A stretch of 64,000 nucleotides of DNA from an uncultured Candidatus Saccharibacteria bacterium (GCA_965230955.1 OZ246404.1:225184-289183), one strand, 5' to 3'. Positions 29,842-41,212 are shown, counted from the stretch's first letter. A program made the numbers and translations. Notes: generated by a model from the letters alone, not told the origin.

Positions 29842-30378
29842 GTGAAAAATCTAAGGTGGATCTGTTTTCTGTCAATTTGTTTGACACTGTTTATCGGCGG
29901 TCAAGGTTGCAATGATGATCCGGTCGGACCGAAAGATCCCACCCCGACGTCTGTCCCGCAATTCTCTCCGACACCGGTACCGACAGCGACCCCGTTTGTG
30001 ACGCCGACTCCGTGTCCCGGCGCCGGGGCGGTTATCGATGGCTGGGAGCGTCTGGGGAATTGCAACATCAGAATTTACGGTCGCTGCTGGGGAATCGGGT
30101 GCAATAATTTGAAGTTAGGAATTTTTATTGCCCCGACGAAACCGAACGTTTATCAGTGGTTCTACCAGGGATCGGCGACGGTAAATGAGTCGGACGGGAT
30201 GTGGACGGGCTCAGGGCATTTGGGACCAAACTGGACCCAGTGTTCCGTGGAAGAGTATTGTCTGGCCGCAATGCCCTTGGCTAAGGATTGTTCTTTTGAA
30301 GTCCGGGGACCGGCAAACTTGGAGAGCAATATTTGCCGACGGGGAGAGACGGGGTATTGGCCCTATGTCCGGTACTGA
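29842..30378 (+). CDS. Cys-rich putative lipoprotein with Pro/Thr linker
   Basis: Signal peptide ending GGQG-C, PTPT repeats, 8 further Cys; SD agaaaggagg. Confidence 0.7.
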   Translation: MKNLRWICFLSICLTLFIGGQGCNDDPVGPKDPTPTSVPQFSPTPVPTATPFVTPTPCPGAGAVIDGWERLGNCNIRIYGRCWGIGCNNLKLGIFIAPTKPNVYQWFYQGSATVNESDGMWTGSGHLGPNWTQCSVEEYCLAAMPLAKDCSFEVRGPANLESNICRRGETGYWPYVRY

Positions 30379-30394
30379 CAAACCATGAGTATCG

Positions 30395-30424
30395 AAAAGC
30401 CATCTTGGTGACAAGATGGCTTTT
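30395..30424. terminator. Bidirectional terminator
   Basis: aaaagccatcttg-gtga-caagatggctttt. Confidence 0.8.
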
Positions 30425-30431
30425 AAACTGG

Positions 30432-31568
30432 TTATTTCATTAATTCAATTTTGATTCTGTTTTCCTGGGCCGGGACGGTCTTGACCCAGTTGGGAGTGAA
30501 TTTTACTTCCACCGCGCCTATCGGTTGAACCCGTTGGAGGTAATCTATTACTTCCGCTTCGGTCCGGCCGATCAGTTTGTCTTTTTTTATTTTATCCAAA
30601 TCGAGATTGAAAGATGTCGGGGCGGTCAATTTGACCGTGAGTGTCGCGGTTCGGCGGGGGAGGTCGTAGGTGACGATACTATATTGGAAAGCGTCGGGAT
30701 CGATAGCGGTGATTTCCTGGTCGTTTTCCAGCTCGGCCCGCAACTTGGTTTCGGCGATTTGCTTGAGAGCGGCTTCGTCAAAAATCACGGCGGTGAGCCT
30801 GATTTCAGCGGTGACGGTAAACTCGGATGCGAAGGAGTTCGGCTTGACGTTGGTGGCGGCGGAAAGTTTCTCGATGTTTATGGCCCCGTCCAGTATTTTT
30901 TCCCCGCTACGCAAGTCTTTTTGCAATTTGCTTTTTCCTTCGATCTCGAGTTTGCCTACGGCGGTTTCGATTCCGCGTTCAATCGTTTCCGGTGACACAA
31001 AATCGGTTTCACCAAAGCCTCCGGTCATGGGCTGGGTGCTATCGGCGTAAATCTTGGTTTGCCAGTCTTTCCAGAGTCCGGGAACGGTGAAATGCGACGG
31101 CCCTATTTCCCCGGCGCGCCCCGGCTGATCGGCGTAAATTTCTGCCTCGACGGTTGAATGGGCTTTTAAGTTCACATGGTCCTTGAGATGAAAGAGGGTG
31201 CCGTTATCAGCCAATAGGCGAGTCGTGGCAATCAGGGGCTGGTCTTGATCGAGATCATTGTGCAGGGTGACGGTGCCGGTAGCCGGCTTGTCGGTTTCCT
31301 GCCGGTCAACCGCGGTGATAGTTTCCGTGCCGCGTACCACGGTGCTCAGTACGCGACCGGTAATATTGTCGCCGCCGGGATTGTCGGCCACGATTTCGGC
31401 GTTAAATTCAGTCGATACCGACTGTTCTTTCGGGGAGATGGCAATGTTGGCGGCGGTGGAAGAAAGCAAAACGACAAAAACGACCAGAGCGGCGATGGCG
31501 CCGACGATAATCGCGAAGATCTTTAAGTATGGGGAGCGCTGTTGGCGCAGGCGGTAGTGATCAGGCAT
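30432..31568 (-). CDS. Membrane-anchored protein with baseplate-J-like region
   Basis: N-terminal TM; ATGTVTL.N..TR..G..F..A..PG..G.I pattern. Confidence 0.6.
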   Translation of the reverse strand: MPDHYRLRQQRSPYLKIFAIIVGAIAALVVFVVLLSSTAANIAISPKEQSVSTEFNAEIVADNPGGDNITGRVLSTVVRGTETITAVDRQETDKPATGTVTLHNDLDQDQPLIATTRLLADNGTLFHLKDHVNLKAHSTVEAEIYADQPGRAGEIGPSHFTVPGLWKDWQTKIYADSTQPMTGGFGETDFVSPETIERGIETAVGKLEIEGKSKLQKDLRSGEKILDGAINIEKLSAATNVKPNSFASEFTVTAEIRLTAVIFDEAALKQIAETKLRAELENDQEITAIDPDAFQYSIVTYDLPRRTATLTVKLTAPTSFNLDLDKIKKDKLIGRTEAEVIDYLQRVQPIGAVEVKFTPNWVKTVPAQENRIKIELMK

Positions 31569-32634
31569 TGGTATGTTCAGTGAAGTTATGATAATGATGT
31601 TTGGTCCGCTTTTTCTCGGGATCGGGAGTAGAAATGACAAGCCCTTTAAACTCATTGCCTTGCATTCCTTTCTTGGTCATATCCTTTGCTAATTTGCCGG
31701 CTAAATCAGCTCGATGGTAGGCACAGTTCCATGATTCCTCAATTCCATCTGAATCCGTGGGAAGAATTTCGGAAACGCCTAATCCGATCTTGATTCCTTT
31801 GCGATTCATTTCGGCAATAAATTTGTTCATGAAACCAACCAGGTTTTCTTCCGTATGGCTCCTGGTGATCATGGCGAATTCGTCGCCACCGACTCGAGCC
31901 AGCACATCTGATTGCCGACGGAAATTATTGCGCATGGTTTGAGCCATTTCTTTTAGAACTTGATCGCCTCGCAGGTGTCCGTATTGGTTGTTATATTGCC
32001 TGAAATCGTTAATGTCGAAGAGTATTACAAATGATTTTCCTCGATTTATCATGCGCTCATGTTCTAAATTATTTCCTTCTGCGGCGTCGACATTTTCCGG
32101 ATTGGCGGCCGATATTTTTTTGACTCGAGATACTTCATGCAAAAAAAGGCTGTCAAAATAGCGTTTGTTATATAATTCATGGCACAAGACATCGTTGGTC
32201 ACGCGTTGTTCCAGATTGGCCATTCGGGCGCAATTTAGGTTATCGACGGTGTTTTGTAGCAGCTTTTTTTCACGGTCAGTCATGGCTTGCAGTTTTTCTT
32301 GATTCGGCGGAAAATTTTCGATTAGCGACCAGGACAAGATGTCGGAATCTTCTTGGCCGGTCAGCCGCTGAACGATTTTTTCTGAATTTTGATCGAAATC
32401 GTAGTAGCCGGGGCGTTCGAGTCGATCATGCCATTCGATTAAGTTTTCCCAGAGACTGACGGCGGCCGGCGACGGTTCTCCCTCTGATAAAAGTTTTTCC
32501 CGCAGGCCATTTACTTGTTGTAAAAATTCGGCCGTTTTTTTGTCGCCTCGATTCACGCGATCGCTTTCGGATTCCGCCGCCGGCGTTTCGATTCGATCTG
32601 ACATTCCCGGATTTGGTTGCCCTGTTTCACGCAT
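31561..32634 (-). CDS. Diguanylate cyclase (GGDEF)
   Basis: FDINDFRQYNNQYGH..GD, RQSD I-site, ARVGGDEF. Confidence 0.88.
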   Translation of the reverse strand: MRETGQPNPGMSDRIETPAAESESDRVNRGDKKTAEFLQQVNGLREKLLSEGEPSPAAVSLWENLIEWHDRLERPGYYDFDQNSEKIVQRLTGQEDSDILSWSLIENFPPNQEKLQAMTDREKKLLQNTVDNLNCARMANLEQRVTNDVLCHELYNKRYFDSLFLHEVSRVKKISAANPENVDAAEGNNLEHERMINRGKSFVILFDINDFRQYNNQYGHLRGDQVLKEMAQTMRNNFRRQSDVLARVGGDEFAMITRSHTEENLVGFMNKFIAEMNRKGIKIGLGVSEILPTDSDGIEESWNCAYHRADLAGKLAKDMTKKGMQGNEFKGLVISTPDPEKKRTKHHYHNFTEHTNA

Positions 32635-32857
32635 TGTTTTTTTCCTCCAGCCAATCAAGGGCGCTTTGCGCCAATTGATTGGTTACGGTGGATTTAGTCG
32701 CTGATTGCTTTTTCAGGTAATCCGACACTGTCGGAGCCGGCTCTTTCAGGAGCAGGCTAAGTTCCTGAACTTGTTCGATAGCGGACAGCCTGGTCGATAG
32801 AGAGATTTCCTCATTGAGGACAATCTTGTCGACCAAGGCTTTTAGGTTTTCATTCAT
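32627..32857 (-). CDS. Small hypothetical protein
   Basis: Tightly coupled between dnaE and the GGDEF gene. Confidence 0.6.
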   Translation of the reverse strand: MNENLKALVDKIVLNEEISLSTRLSAIEQVQELSLLLKEPAPTVSDYLKKQSATKSTVTNQLAQSALDWLEEKNNA

Positions 32858-32858
32858 T

Positions 32859-35800
32859 TTATTTGCTTACTGTGCCCGGACCGAGCAACGCTTCGATGCT
32901 GGTTCGGAGCACGTTATTTTTTTGAACGAAAAAATTAGTTTGCAGTTTTTCGTATTTTTGGCCGGTCTTCGGCAGCAAAAGCATGACTTGATGCAATCCT
33001 TTGTCGGCAGTGAGCAAGGCTTGCTTGATTTTTTCGAAGACCTCGGGACGGCAAGGAGAGGGGATTTTAATGTATACCAGATCGTTTGGCGCAGTTGATT
33101 CTATTGTTTCGGATTTGCTCGCGGGAGGGGGCGTGTCTTCTAATTTGGTCAGTCCGATATTGGTGAGTTTTTGCGGATCCAAATCCGGGCTTAACGGTTG
33201 GGCGGAATCGACCAAAATTTTCAGCTCGTCATCACGGTCATTGAGCTTGCCGGTGAGGAGGATGGGCTGGTCTTCTTTCCACAGTCCGACGTTTTGTCTG
33301 TAAACTTTCGGGAAAACCACCATTTCCATATGGCCGCTCAGATCTTCCATTTTTACAAAGGCCATGGGCTGGTTTTTCTTGGTGGAAATAACTCGCACCG
33401 AAGTGATAATCCCGCCCAGGCGAAATCTCTTTTTGACCATTGAAACTTGGAGTTGGTTTAGCGGAGTGGTCAGCTGTTTTAAAATTTGCTTGTAATCGCT
33501 CAAAGGATGATCGGAGACATAGAGTCCGAGCAATTCTTTTTCCCAGGCCAGTTTGTCTTTTTTATCGGCCGGCGGAGTTTCGGCGAGTTGCAGTTTGGGC
33601 GAGTAGCTTTTTGTTTTGCAAAATAAGTCCGCTTGTCCGTTGGCCGTGGCTTGGTGCTGGCACTTGCCGAAATTAAGCAAAGTTTCAATGTTCGCCAGCA
33701 GGGTTTGGCGTTCGCCCATTTCATCCATGGCGCCGGACTTGATCAGGCTTTCCAGCGATTTGCGGTTCATGGCGGACGAATACGCCCGTTTCATAAAATC
33801 CTCTATGCTGGCCAATCTTTTTTCTTTGCGGGCGGCGATGATATCGGCAATGACATTGGTGCCGAGGTTTTTAATCGCGCCCAGGCCGAAACGAATGGTT
33901 TTGGAGGTGGCGAGAGTCTCATTTGGTCCGGCGACCACGGTGAAGTCTTTGAAACTCTCGTTGACTGCCGGCGGCAGGACTTTGATCCGCAGCCTTTCGC
34001 ATTCATTGACTTCCAATACAACGCGATCGGGATTGCTTTGATCGGAAGTGAGGAGGGCGGCCATAAATTCCGTCGGGAAGTGGGCTTTGAGGTATCCGGT
34101 TTGATAGGCGACCAGAGAATAAGCCGCCGCGTGAGCTTTGTTAAAACCATAGCCGGCAAACGGTTCCATCAGCTTGAATAAACTCGTGGCTTTTTCTCGG
34201 GCCAGGCCGTTTTTTACCGCGCCATTTATAAATTTTTCGCGCTGTTCCGCCATCAGTTGGGGGATTTTCTTTCCCATGGCTTTGCGAAACTTGTCGACTT
34301 TTTCCCAATCATAGCCGCCGAGATTGATGGCGATCAGCAAGACGTCGTCCTGATAGGTGATAACGCCGTGCGACTTGCTCAAAATTGGCCGCAGACGCTG
34401 ATCGATGACCCTGATTTTTTTCGGATTATTTTTGTTTTCGATATAGCTGGGAATATGTTCCATCGGTCCCGGTCGATAGAGCGCCAGCATCGCGGCGATG
34501 TCAAAGATGGTTTCTGGTTTCAGCTGCTTGAGATACTTGCGCATGCCGGCGGATTCCACTTGAAACAGGCCAGTGGTTTCGCCGCTGCTGAAAACGGTGA
34601 ATGTTTTTTTGTCTGACAAGGGAAGCTGTTTGACGTCGATCTCTTTTTCTTGCGTGTGTGATAAAATTTCGACGGTCTTTTGAATGATGTGTAAATTTGA
34701 TAGGCCCAGAAAATCCATTTTTACCAGGTTTAATTCTTCCAGGTCGGTCATTTCGTACTGGCTCAAGATCATGTTGCTGTCACTGTCGTATTGGACCGGG
34801 ACATATTCGGTCATGGGTTGAGGAGTTATGACTACGCCGGCGGCGTGGACCGACGCATGACGCGCGACACCTTCCAATTTAAAAGCAAAATCAACCATTT
34901 TTTTGACGGAGGGGTCGCTGTCATACGCCTGCTTGAAAGCGGGGATCGTGGTCAGGCACTCTTTTAGTTTTACTTTGGGCCCCTCCGGCAACATTTTGGC
35001 GACGGCGTCGACAAAATTATAAGGCAGTCCTAAGACTCGTCCGACATCGCGAATGGCGGCTTTGGCTTTCATTTTTCCAAAAGTGACAATTTGGGCGACA
35101 TTTTCTGAGCCGTATTTTTTGATGGCGTATTGGATTACTTTATCGCGTTCATTATCGGCAATATCCAGATCGATATCGGGCGGTTTGGGACGCATCGGAT
35201 TCAGGAACCGTTCAAACGGCAGCTCGAAGAAGAGGGGATTGGCGGTCGTGATGCCGAGAGCGAAAGAGACAAAACTGCCGGCGGCCGAGCCGCGGGTGGT
35301 CGTCGGTATTTTTTCCCGATGCATGAAATCAGTGAAATCTTTGACCATCAGGAAGTAAGGCTCCAGCTTTTTCTTTTCGACCACGCCCAGTTCAAAATCC
35401 AAGCGTTTTTTTTCTTCAGTATTCGGTTCGCGGTTTAGGCGTTGCTTGATCCCGGCATACGTCAGCTCGCGCAAATGGTCCGGGAGGGTGGTGGTGGCGG
35501 GGATTTTAGCTTCGGGCAGGATGAGTCCGGTTTTGGGGAATTCGACATTGCATTGCTCGGCAATTTTTACGGTATTGGCCAGGGCTTCCGGCGTTTGGGA
35601 AAAGTTCTTGGCCATTTCTTCGGGAGAAGCAAAATGAAAATCATCGCCCGACATCTTGAGTCCCCGGGCCGGATCGTCGATAGTGTTTTTGCTTTGCAAA
35701 CAGAGCAGAATGTCTTGGGCGGTGGCGTCCTCACGCTTGATATAGTGAACGTCGTTCGTGGCAACCAGTCCGATATTCAGTTTTTTGGCCAGCGCGATCA

Positions 35801-36371
35801 ATCGCTGGTTGACCACGGCCTGTTTCGGGATTTCGGCGTGATACTGGATTTCCAAGTAAAAATTTCCCGGCCCGAAAATTTCTTGATACTGCTTGGTTTT
35901 GGCTTCGGCTTTGGCCAGATCATTGATCGAAGCGTAATAGGCCACTTCGCCTTTGAGGCAAGCGGATAAGGCGATCAGGCCGGTCGCGTGGCTTTTCAGA
36001 AAATCCAAATCAACCCGCGGTTTGTAGTAGAATCCTTTCAGGTGCGCGGCGGAGGTGATTTTAATTAAATTTTTGTATCCCTCGAAATTTTTCGCCAGCA
36101 ATACCAGGTGAAACGGCCGTCGGTCTTCTTTGGTGCCGCGGTTGGACATTCCGTTCGGGGCGATATAGGTCTCAATGCCGATAATCGGTTTGATGTCAGC
36201 TTTTTTGGCGGCATAGAATAATTTGGCGGCTCCGTAAAGCGTGCCGTGGTCGGTAATCGTCACGGCCGGCATATTAAAAGACTTGGCGGCCGCGATGAGA
36301 TCGTCAATCTTGGCCAAGCCGTCGAGGAGGGAGTATTCGGAATGGACGTGGAGGTGGACGAAAGGAGGCAT
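32859..36371 (-). CDS. dnaE: DNA polymerase III alpha subunit
   Basis: [47 protein letters not shown]. Confidence 0.97.
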   Translation of the reverse strand: MPPFVHLHVHSEYSLLDGLAKIDDLIAAAKSFNMPAVTITDHGTLYGAAKLFYAAKKADIKPIIGIETYIAPNGMSNRGTKEDRRPFHLVLLAKNFEGYKNLIKITSAAHLKGFYYKPRVDLDFLKSHATGLIALSACLKGEVAYYASINDLAKAEAKTKQYQEIFGPGNFYLEIQYHAEIPKQAVVNQRLIALAKKLNIGLVATNDVHYIKREDATAQDILLCLQSKNTIDDPARGLKMSGDDFHFASPEEMAKNFSQTPEALANTVKIAEQCNVEFPKTGLILPEAKIPATTTLPDHLRELTYAGIKQRLNREPNTEEKKRLDFELGVVEKKKLEPYFLMVKDFTDFMHREKIPTTTRGSAAGSFVSFALGITTANPLFFELPFERFLNPMRPKPPDIDLDIADNERDKVIQYAIKKYGSENVAQIVTFGKMKAKAAIRDVGRVLGLPYNFVDAVAKMLPEGPKVKLKECLTTIPAFKQAYDSDPSVKKMVDFAFKLEGVARHASVHAAGVVITPQPMTEYVPVQYDSDSNMILSQYEMTDLEELNLVKMDFLGLSNLHIIQKTVEILSHTQEKEIDVKQLPLSDKKTFTVFSSGETTGLFQVESAGMRKYLKQLKPETIFDIAAMLALYRPGPMEHIPSYIENKNNPKKIRVIDQRLRPILSKSHGVITYQDDVLLIAINLGGYDWEKVDKFRKAMGKKIPQLMAEQREKFINGAVKNGLAREKATSLFKLMEPFAGYGFNKAHAAAYSLVAYQTGYLKAHFPTEFMAALLTSDQSNPDRVVLEVNECERLRIKVLPPAVNESFKDFTVVAGPNETLATSKTIRFGLGAIKNLGTNVIADIIAARKEKRLASIEDFMKRAYSSAMNRKSLESLIKSGAMDEMGERQTLLANIETLLNFGKCQHQATANGQADLFCKTKSYSPKLQLAETPPADKKDKLAWEKELLGLYVSDHPLSDYKQILKQLTTPLNQLQVSMVKKRFRLGGIITSVRVISTKKNQPMAFVKMEDLSGHMEMVVFPKVYRQNVGLWKEDQPILLTGKLNDRDDELKILVDSAQPLSPDLDPQKLTNIGLTKLEDTPPPASKSETIESTAPNDLVYIKIPSPCRPEVFEKIKQALLTADKGLHQVMLLLPKTGQKYEKLQTNFFVQKNNVLRTSIEALLGPGTVSK

Positions 36372-36519
36372 AAGAGGAGTGAAAAAGTGTAATTAGAAAT
36401 CAGGTTAATTCCGACAGGGTTCTTTCATTCTAACGAGAAAGACCCTTTTGGGCAAGCGGGGCGATCGGCAATATTGGGTAAAACAAAATTCCGCGTGAGA
36501 GGCGGAATTTTGTTTGTAT

Positions 36520-36786
36520 TTAAGCTTTCTTGAATTCTTTTTCGGCGGCGCGTACGGCGCGAGTGGCTTTTTGCTTGAATTCAATGGCTTCTTCTTTGGC
36601 GGTGTCAATTCCTTCGACGACCTTGTCTTTAACATCCATCGCTTTGTCGCGGAGAAACTTTCTGGTTTCTTTGCCCGATTGGGGGGCATAGAGCAGTCCC
36701 AGGGCGCCGCCGACCAATACTCCGATCAGCATTCCGCCCATAAAACTTCCGGCCGAGTTGTTGCAATCACACATATGATTGTTCAT
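36520..36786 (-). CDS. YtxH-domain protein
   Basis: GMLIGVLVGGALGLLYAPQSGKETR. Confidence 0.88.
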   Translation of the reverse strand: MNNHMCDCNNSAGSFMGGMLIGVLVGGALGLLYAPQSGKETRKFLRDKAMDVKDKVVEGIDTAKEEAIEFKQKATRAVRAAEKEFKKA

Positions 36787-36812
36787 GTTTATGTTTATTA
36801 TTAATTAATCTT

Positions 36813-37199
36813 TTACTTTTTATCTTTGGTGGCCATGGTCTCTGTTTCTTCTTCGCAGTCATTTTCGTCCGGATCGGCCGGGTGCGCCGGCGGCGGATTC
36901 ATCTCACGAAATTTTTGGATCAGAGTTTGGGCGAAACGAATACCGCGGATCATGCCGTCCATCGGCTTGTTTAGAGCGTCGGTGGCTGTTTGGATGGTAT
37001 GACTGACTGATTTTACCGCTTGGGTGACGGATGTGACCGCGCCGTCAATTTTGACCATTTCCTCATTGGCCTGCTTCATGGCTTTTTTGGTTTCCTTGGC
37101 CGCCTGGCCCATTTGGTACAATGAATAAGCGGCAAACCCGGTTAGTAAACCGACACAGACAGTGATGGCGGAATAAAGCACGATAAGAATAGCTTCCAT
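36813..37199 (-). CDS. DUF948-like TM plus coiled-coil protein
   Basis: N-terminal TM, heptad helix, adjacent to YtxH gene. Confidence 0.65.
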   Translation of the reverse strand: MEAILIVLYSAITVCVGLLTGFAAYSLYQMGQAAKETKKAMKQANEEMVKIDGAVTSVTQAVKSVSHTIQTATDALNKPMDGMIRGIRFAQTLIQKFREMNPPPAHPADPDENDCEEETETMATKDKK

Positions 37200-37413
37200 A
37201 GATATTTTGTTATTTTTTAGGTTATTCTTATTATATCATATTATCAAAGAGGCGACAAGATAGGATGAGGGAATATCAAATAATAAATAACAAATAATCA
37301 ATAAAATCCAATAATAAATTAAAATTTCTGTGATTGAAATCCGATAATTAATTGCGGTTGGATTTTTTTGTCATATTGCTTGTCGTGGGGAAAACTGTTA
37401 TACTATAGATTGT

Positions 37414-38355
37414 ATGAAGCCAATAAATCCAAACCAAAAAACTGAACCATCCCAATCAGCGCCTGTTCATCCCGAAGTGGACAAGGAAATTGATCGTGAG
37501 ATATTCATGGTGCGCTATGGTTATCAGATTAAAGTGTGGTTTATAATCATCATTTGCGTGGCTCTTGGCGGTTTGGGAGTATATATCGGCTACCGCCTTA
37601 TTGTTCCGCCGCCGGAGTGTGTTTTGGATGAAGATTGTTCGGCCGGTTTCTATTGTCATGAAAAAACATGCGTCGCTATTCCCCAGGAGCACCCGCCCGA
37701 GGATTTGAAAATGGAAGTGACCGGTACTTATGTTTTTCCTTCCACCAGTGGTAAGGCTGATGTTTTGGCGGTTGTCCGTAATCCTAGTTCCAGTTGGGGG
37801 CTCAGGGATTTTAGCTACACTTTCATCATTAGCGATAGTGTCGGACAAGAAGTTGGGCGTTTTGAGGGGCGATCTTATATTTTACCCGGCGAAGAAAAAT
37901 ATCTTATCAAGGTGGGGCAGGCGGTGAGCGGTTCGGCTCAGCGGGTGGAAGTGGAGATTACTCCCCAAACTTGGATCAAATCGCCGGAATTACAGCAGCC
38001 GAACATCGATGTCAAAAATCTGGCTTATTCCGCTAGCGCGCCTTTGGGACAGGCTCGCTTGGATGGCCGGTTGATTAATTCCAGCTCGTATAGTTTCGAG
38101 GAAGTGGAAGTCGCGGCGATTTTGAAGGGATCAGATGACAAACCTATCGGAGTCAATTATACTACCCTGAACGCCCTTTTGGCGGGCGAGGAACGTGATT
38201 TTCGGCTAATTTGGTTTTCTCCGGTCTCGGGAGCCGTTGCATCACAAAGTGTTAAAGTCGAGGCGAACGTTTACGATACCAAAAATTTCCTCAGTCAGAT
38301 GCAGATTGAGCCTCAAAAATTTCAACAATACGACGAGCCCGCCAATAAATTATAA
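37414..38355 (+). CDS. Membrane-anchored extracellular protein (Cys-rich motif plus two beta-sandwich domains)
   Basis: TM, CVLDEDCSAGFYCHEKTC, two G.v.N..GE.(k/r).(y/f) domains; TACTAT 7 nt before ATG. Confidence 0.7.
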   Translation: MKPINPNQKTEPSQSAPVHPEVDKEIDREIFMVRYGYQIKVWFIIIICVALGGLGVYIGYRLIVPPPECVLDEDCSAGFYCHEKTCVAIPQEHPPEDLKMEVTGTYVFPSTSGKADVLAVVRNPSSSWGLRDFSYTFIISDSVGQEVGRFEGRSYILPGEEKYLIKVGQAVSGSAQRVEVEITPQTWIKSPELQQPNIDVKNLAYSASAPLGQARLDGRLINSSSYSFEEVEVAAILKGSDDKPIGVNYTTLNALLAGEERDFRLIWFSPVSGAVASQSVKVEANVYDTKNFLSQMQIEPQKFQQYDEPANKL

Positions 38356-38379
38356 GGTCTTCATATTTGATCAGCACTT

Positions 38380-39495
38380 ATGATTTTTCCGCGCTGGCTC
38401 CAAAAAATCGACTGGCAAATCTTGATACCAGTTTTTTTGTTGCTTGCGCTCGGCGTGCTGATGATTTACAGCGCGACTTTGGGAGAAACCGCCGCCGATC
38501 GTAATAATACCTATCGGCAACTTATCTATATTGCTGTGGGCCTAGGTTTTATGCTGGTGATCGGTTTTTTTGATTATCGAATATTCAGGAATTATTCCCG
38601 GTGGTTTTACGCGCTGATGATCATCAGCCTGATCGCCGTTTTGTTTCTCGGAACGCCGATCAGGGGAACGCGCGGCTGGTTTGAATTGGGCATCTTCAAT
38701 TTACAGCCCTCGGAATTGGCCAAGTTTTTTTGCATTATCGCCCTGGCCAAGTATTTTTCTAAAAATGCCGATGAGATGACGAGATTTCGTCACATTTTAC
38801 AATCGGGGCTGATCGTCTTGATCCCGGTGGCGCTGATTATGGTTGAGCCGGATTTCGGATCAGCTATGGTGATAATTCTCATTTGGGTGGGGATGATTTT
38901 GCTGACCCGGGTGCGCTGGTGGCATTTGGGCATGGTTTTTGGAACACTGGCGGGATTGGTGGCAATCGGTTGGCAATTTTTCCTCAGGGACTATCAGAAG
39001 GAGCGCATCAAAGTATTCCTCAATCCGGCACTTGATCCGCTGGGTCGCGGTTATAATGTCACCCAGGCAAAAATTGCGATCGGTTCCGGCAGTTGGTTTG
39101 GCCGAGGACTTGGACACGGCTCGCAGAGCCAGCTTAATTTTTTGCCGGAACAGCATACGGATTTTATTTTTGCGGTGCTGTGCGAAGAGCTGGGTTTTGT
39201 CGGCGGGGCTTTCATGATCGCCTTGTTTGGTTTTTTATTTTTTCGGCTTTTTCGTATCGGCCGGCAGGCGAAAGACCGTTTCGGCATGTTCTTGGTCGGC
39301 GGCGTGACGATTCTTATTTTAGTTCAAGTGCTGATCAATGTGGGTATGAACGTCGGTTTGCTGCCCGTGGCCGGCATTCCTTTGCCTTTCATGAGTTTTG
39401 GCGGCAGTTCAATTATAACTTTATTGCTTTGTGTGGGTCTTGTTCTTTCGGTCAGTTATCGGTCACCGCGGAAGTCAAAACCCGCGATTGGTTAG
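38380..39495 (+). CDS. rodA: Rod shape-determining protein RodA
   Basis: QPSELAK, EPDFGS, GYNVTQAKIAIGSG, LPEQHTDFIF, PFMSFGGSS. Confidence 0.92.
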   Translation: MIFPRWLQKIDWQILIPVFLLLALGVLMIYSATLGETAADRNNTYRQLIYIAVGLGFMLVIGFFDYRIFRNYSRWFYALMIISLIAVLFLGTPIRGTRGWFELGIFNLQPSELAKFFCIIALAKYFSKNADEMTRFRHILQSGLIVLIPVALIMVEPDFGSAMVIILIWVGMILLTRVRWWHLGMVFGTLAGLVAIGWQFFLRDYQKERIKVFLNPALDPLGRGYNVTQAKIAIGSGSWFGRGLGHGSQSQLNFLPEQHTDFIFAVLCEELGFVGGAFMIALFGFLFFRLFRIGRQAKDRFGMFLVGGVTILILVQVLINVGMNVGLLPVAGIPLPFMSFGGSSIITLLLCVGLVLSVSYRSPRKSKPAIG

Positions 39496-39562
39496 CATTT
39501 GTCCACTTGACCTAAAGCCTTTTCGGGTGTATAATTAAAACATTGAAAGCTAATTTATCGTC

Positions 39563-39880
39563 ATGATGCACTTGCCCCAACAAGGAAATGAGGGTGAAGT
39601 AAAGCTCGTTTCGGCTTGTCCGCTTTGTCGTAAGCAATACAAGCTGGAAGATGCTTACATTGTGGATGAGCAACGGGGCGTGTATCTGCTACACACCAAT
39701 TGCCGTAATTGCGGCAGTTCGATTGTGGCGACTTTGGTGGCCGGACGACATGCTGTCAGCTCAATGGGATTGGTTACCGACCTGACCGGGGAAGATGTCC
39801 ACAAATTCAAAGACATGGGCGAGATTAACTGTGATGATGTGATCGATTTTCACGCGCTTCTGCACGGTCTGAAGCCTTAG
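39563..39880 (+). CDS. Small CxxC-CxxC zinc-ribbon hypothetical protein
   Basis: CPLC..CRNC; TTGACC-17-TATAAT promoter. Confidence 0.75.
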   Translation: MMHLPQQGNEGEVKLVSACPLCRKQYKLEDAYIVDEQRGVYLLHTNCRNCGSSIVATLVAGRHAVSSMGLVTDLTGEDVHKFKDMGEINCDDVIDFHALLHGLKP

Positions 39881-40029
39881 TTGACATCTATCCACAGCCT
39901 GCTATAATTTCACAAGGTCATTAGGACTTTGTATTTTTTTAATTTTTTGCTTGGATACCAGGTGAAAAAGCAAACCGGCTGAAGCCCGAAACAAGAAGAA
40001 GGGCGCTCGGCGGGTATTTAATAAAGCAT

Positions 40030-40767
40030 ATGAAAACATATTCCTTAGCGGCTACGATGCGAGCCGACACCAAAGAAAAACTACCGGTTTTGCGCCGTTC
40101 GGGCAGAATTCCGGCTATTCTTTATGGGCACGCCATCAAAAATGAGTCGTTGCTAGTTGACCGGGTTGGCTTTGAAAAAGTTTTTCAAGCGGCCGGTACG
40201 AGCAACTTGCTTGATTTGACTATCGATAAAAAACCGGCGCGCCGGGTGCTGATTTCCGATATCCAATACGATCCGGTTACCGATCTGCCGATCCACGTCG
40301 ATTTTTACCAGGTTCGCATGGATGAGGAAATTGAAGCGGAAGTCGATGTCGAATATATCGGAACATCTCCCGCAGTAAAAGAGCAGGGCGGAGTTCTGGT
40401 AAAAAATTTCGATAAAATCAAGGTCAAGTGCTTGCCGGGCGATTTACCTTCGGAAATCAAGATTGATATTTCCAGCTTGAAAACTTTCGATGATGCCGTC
40501 AAAATATCCGATTTGAAATTATCGGACAAGGTCGAGATTCTTCATGACCAGACCCTCGTCTTGACCACCGTTACGCCGCCTCGTACCGAAGAAGAGCTCA
40601 AGCAACTTGAAGAAGAAGTCACGGAAGATGTGGAAGCGGTGGAAGGCGTCAAGAAAGAAGAACCGAAAGAAGGAGCGGAAGAAGAAACTGGTAAAGAAGG
40701 CGCCAAGAAAGAAGAGCCAAAGCCGGCTGCCGAGAAAGAACCCGCCGAGAAAAAAGAGAAAAAATAG
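40030..40767 (+). CDS. rplY: 50S ribosomal protein L25/Ctc
   Basis: IPAILYGH, HVDFYQV, acidic C-terminal tail. Confidence 0.95.
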   Translation: MKTYSLAATMRADTKEKLPVLRRSGRIPAILYGHAIKNESLLVDRVGFEKVFQAAGTSNLLDLTIDKKPARRVLISDIQYDPVTDLPIHVDFYQVRMDEEIEAEVDVEYIGTSPAVKEQGGVLVKNFDKIKVKCLPGDLPSEIKIDISSLKTFDDAVKISDLKLSDKVEILHDQTLVLTTVTPPRTEEELKQLEEEVTEDVEAVEGVKKEEPKEGAEEETGKEGAKKEEPKPAAEKEPAEKKEKK

Positions 40768-40886
40768 TAGAATCATAAAGTATTAAAAAGGCTAAGATCC
40801 GCTTCTTAGCCTTTTTATTATTTAGCTTCAATAAATCAAAACCGCCCTCTTTATCAGGGCGGTTTTGTGACTGTTTCGGCAATCAG

Positions 40887-41180
40887 TTAGTAGTAGTAGG
40901 GGACAGTGGAAACAGCGGCGGTGAAGATTGTCGCGGCGACTATCCACCAGATGACGACCCAGATGATCGGGCCGAGGATGCCGAGGATCAAACAGATCAT
41001 ACCGAATTTCTTGGCATCTTTATCGGGTTTGATGAGATAGATGATGCCGAGGATGATACCAACGATACCAATGATGAAGGACAGGATGTAGAGACCAATG
41101 CGTGCGCCACCTTGGGGGGCGGGTTTCTCCATCGGTTGTTGCTGCATCGGAGGCTGTTGGTAGGGTTGTTGACCGTTCAT
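40887..41180 (-). CDS. Small membrane protein with Q/P-rich N-terminus
   Basis: Q/P-rich start, two TM segments. Confidence 0.75.
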   Translation of the reverse strand: MNGQQPYQQPPMQQQPMEKPAPQGGARIGLYILSFIIGIVGIILGIIYLIKPDKDAKKFGMICLILGILGPIIWVVIWWIVAATIFTAAVSTVPYYY

Positions 41181-41212
41181 AAGTTTTTTTTACTTATTGA
41201 TAAATTATTTAA

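Noticed and set aside
30432-31568. Prophage or contractile tail locus
   Set aside because: Single baseplate-like gene with a TM anchor; no capsid, terminase, sheath or integrase nearby.
39940-40020. c-di-GMP riboswitch upstream of rplY
   Set aside because: Only a GCAAACC-like fragment and hairpins; the GNRA/receptor and second-stem motifs are not evident. It may be an L25 leader, but I cannot support that.
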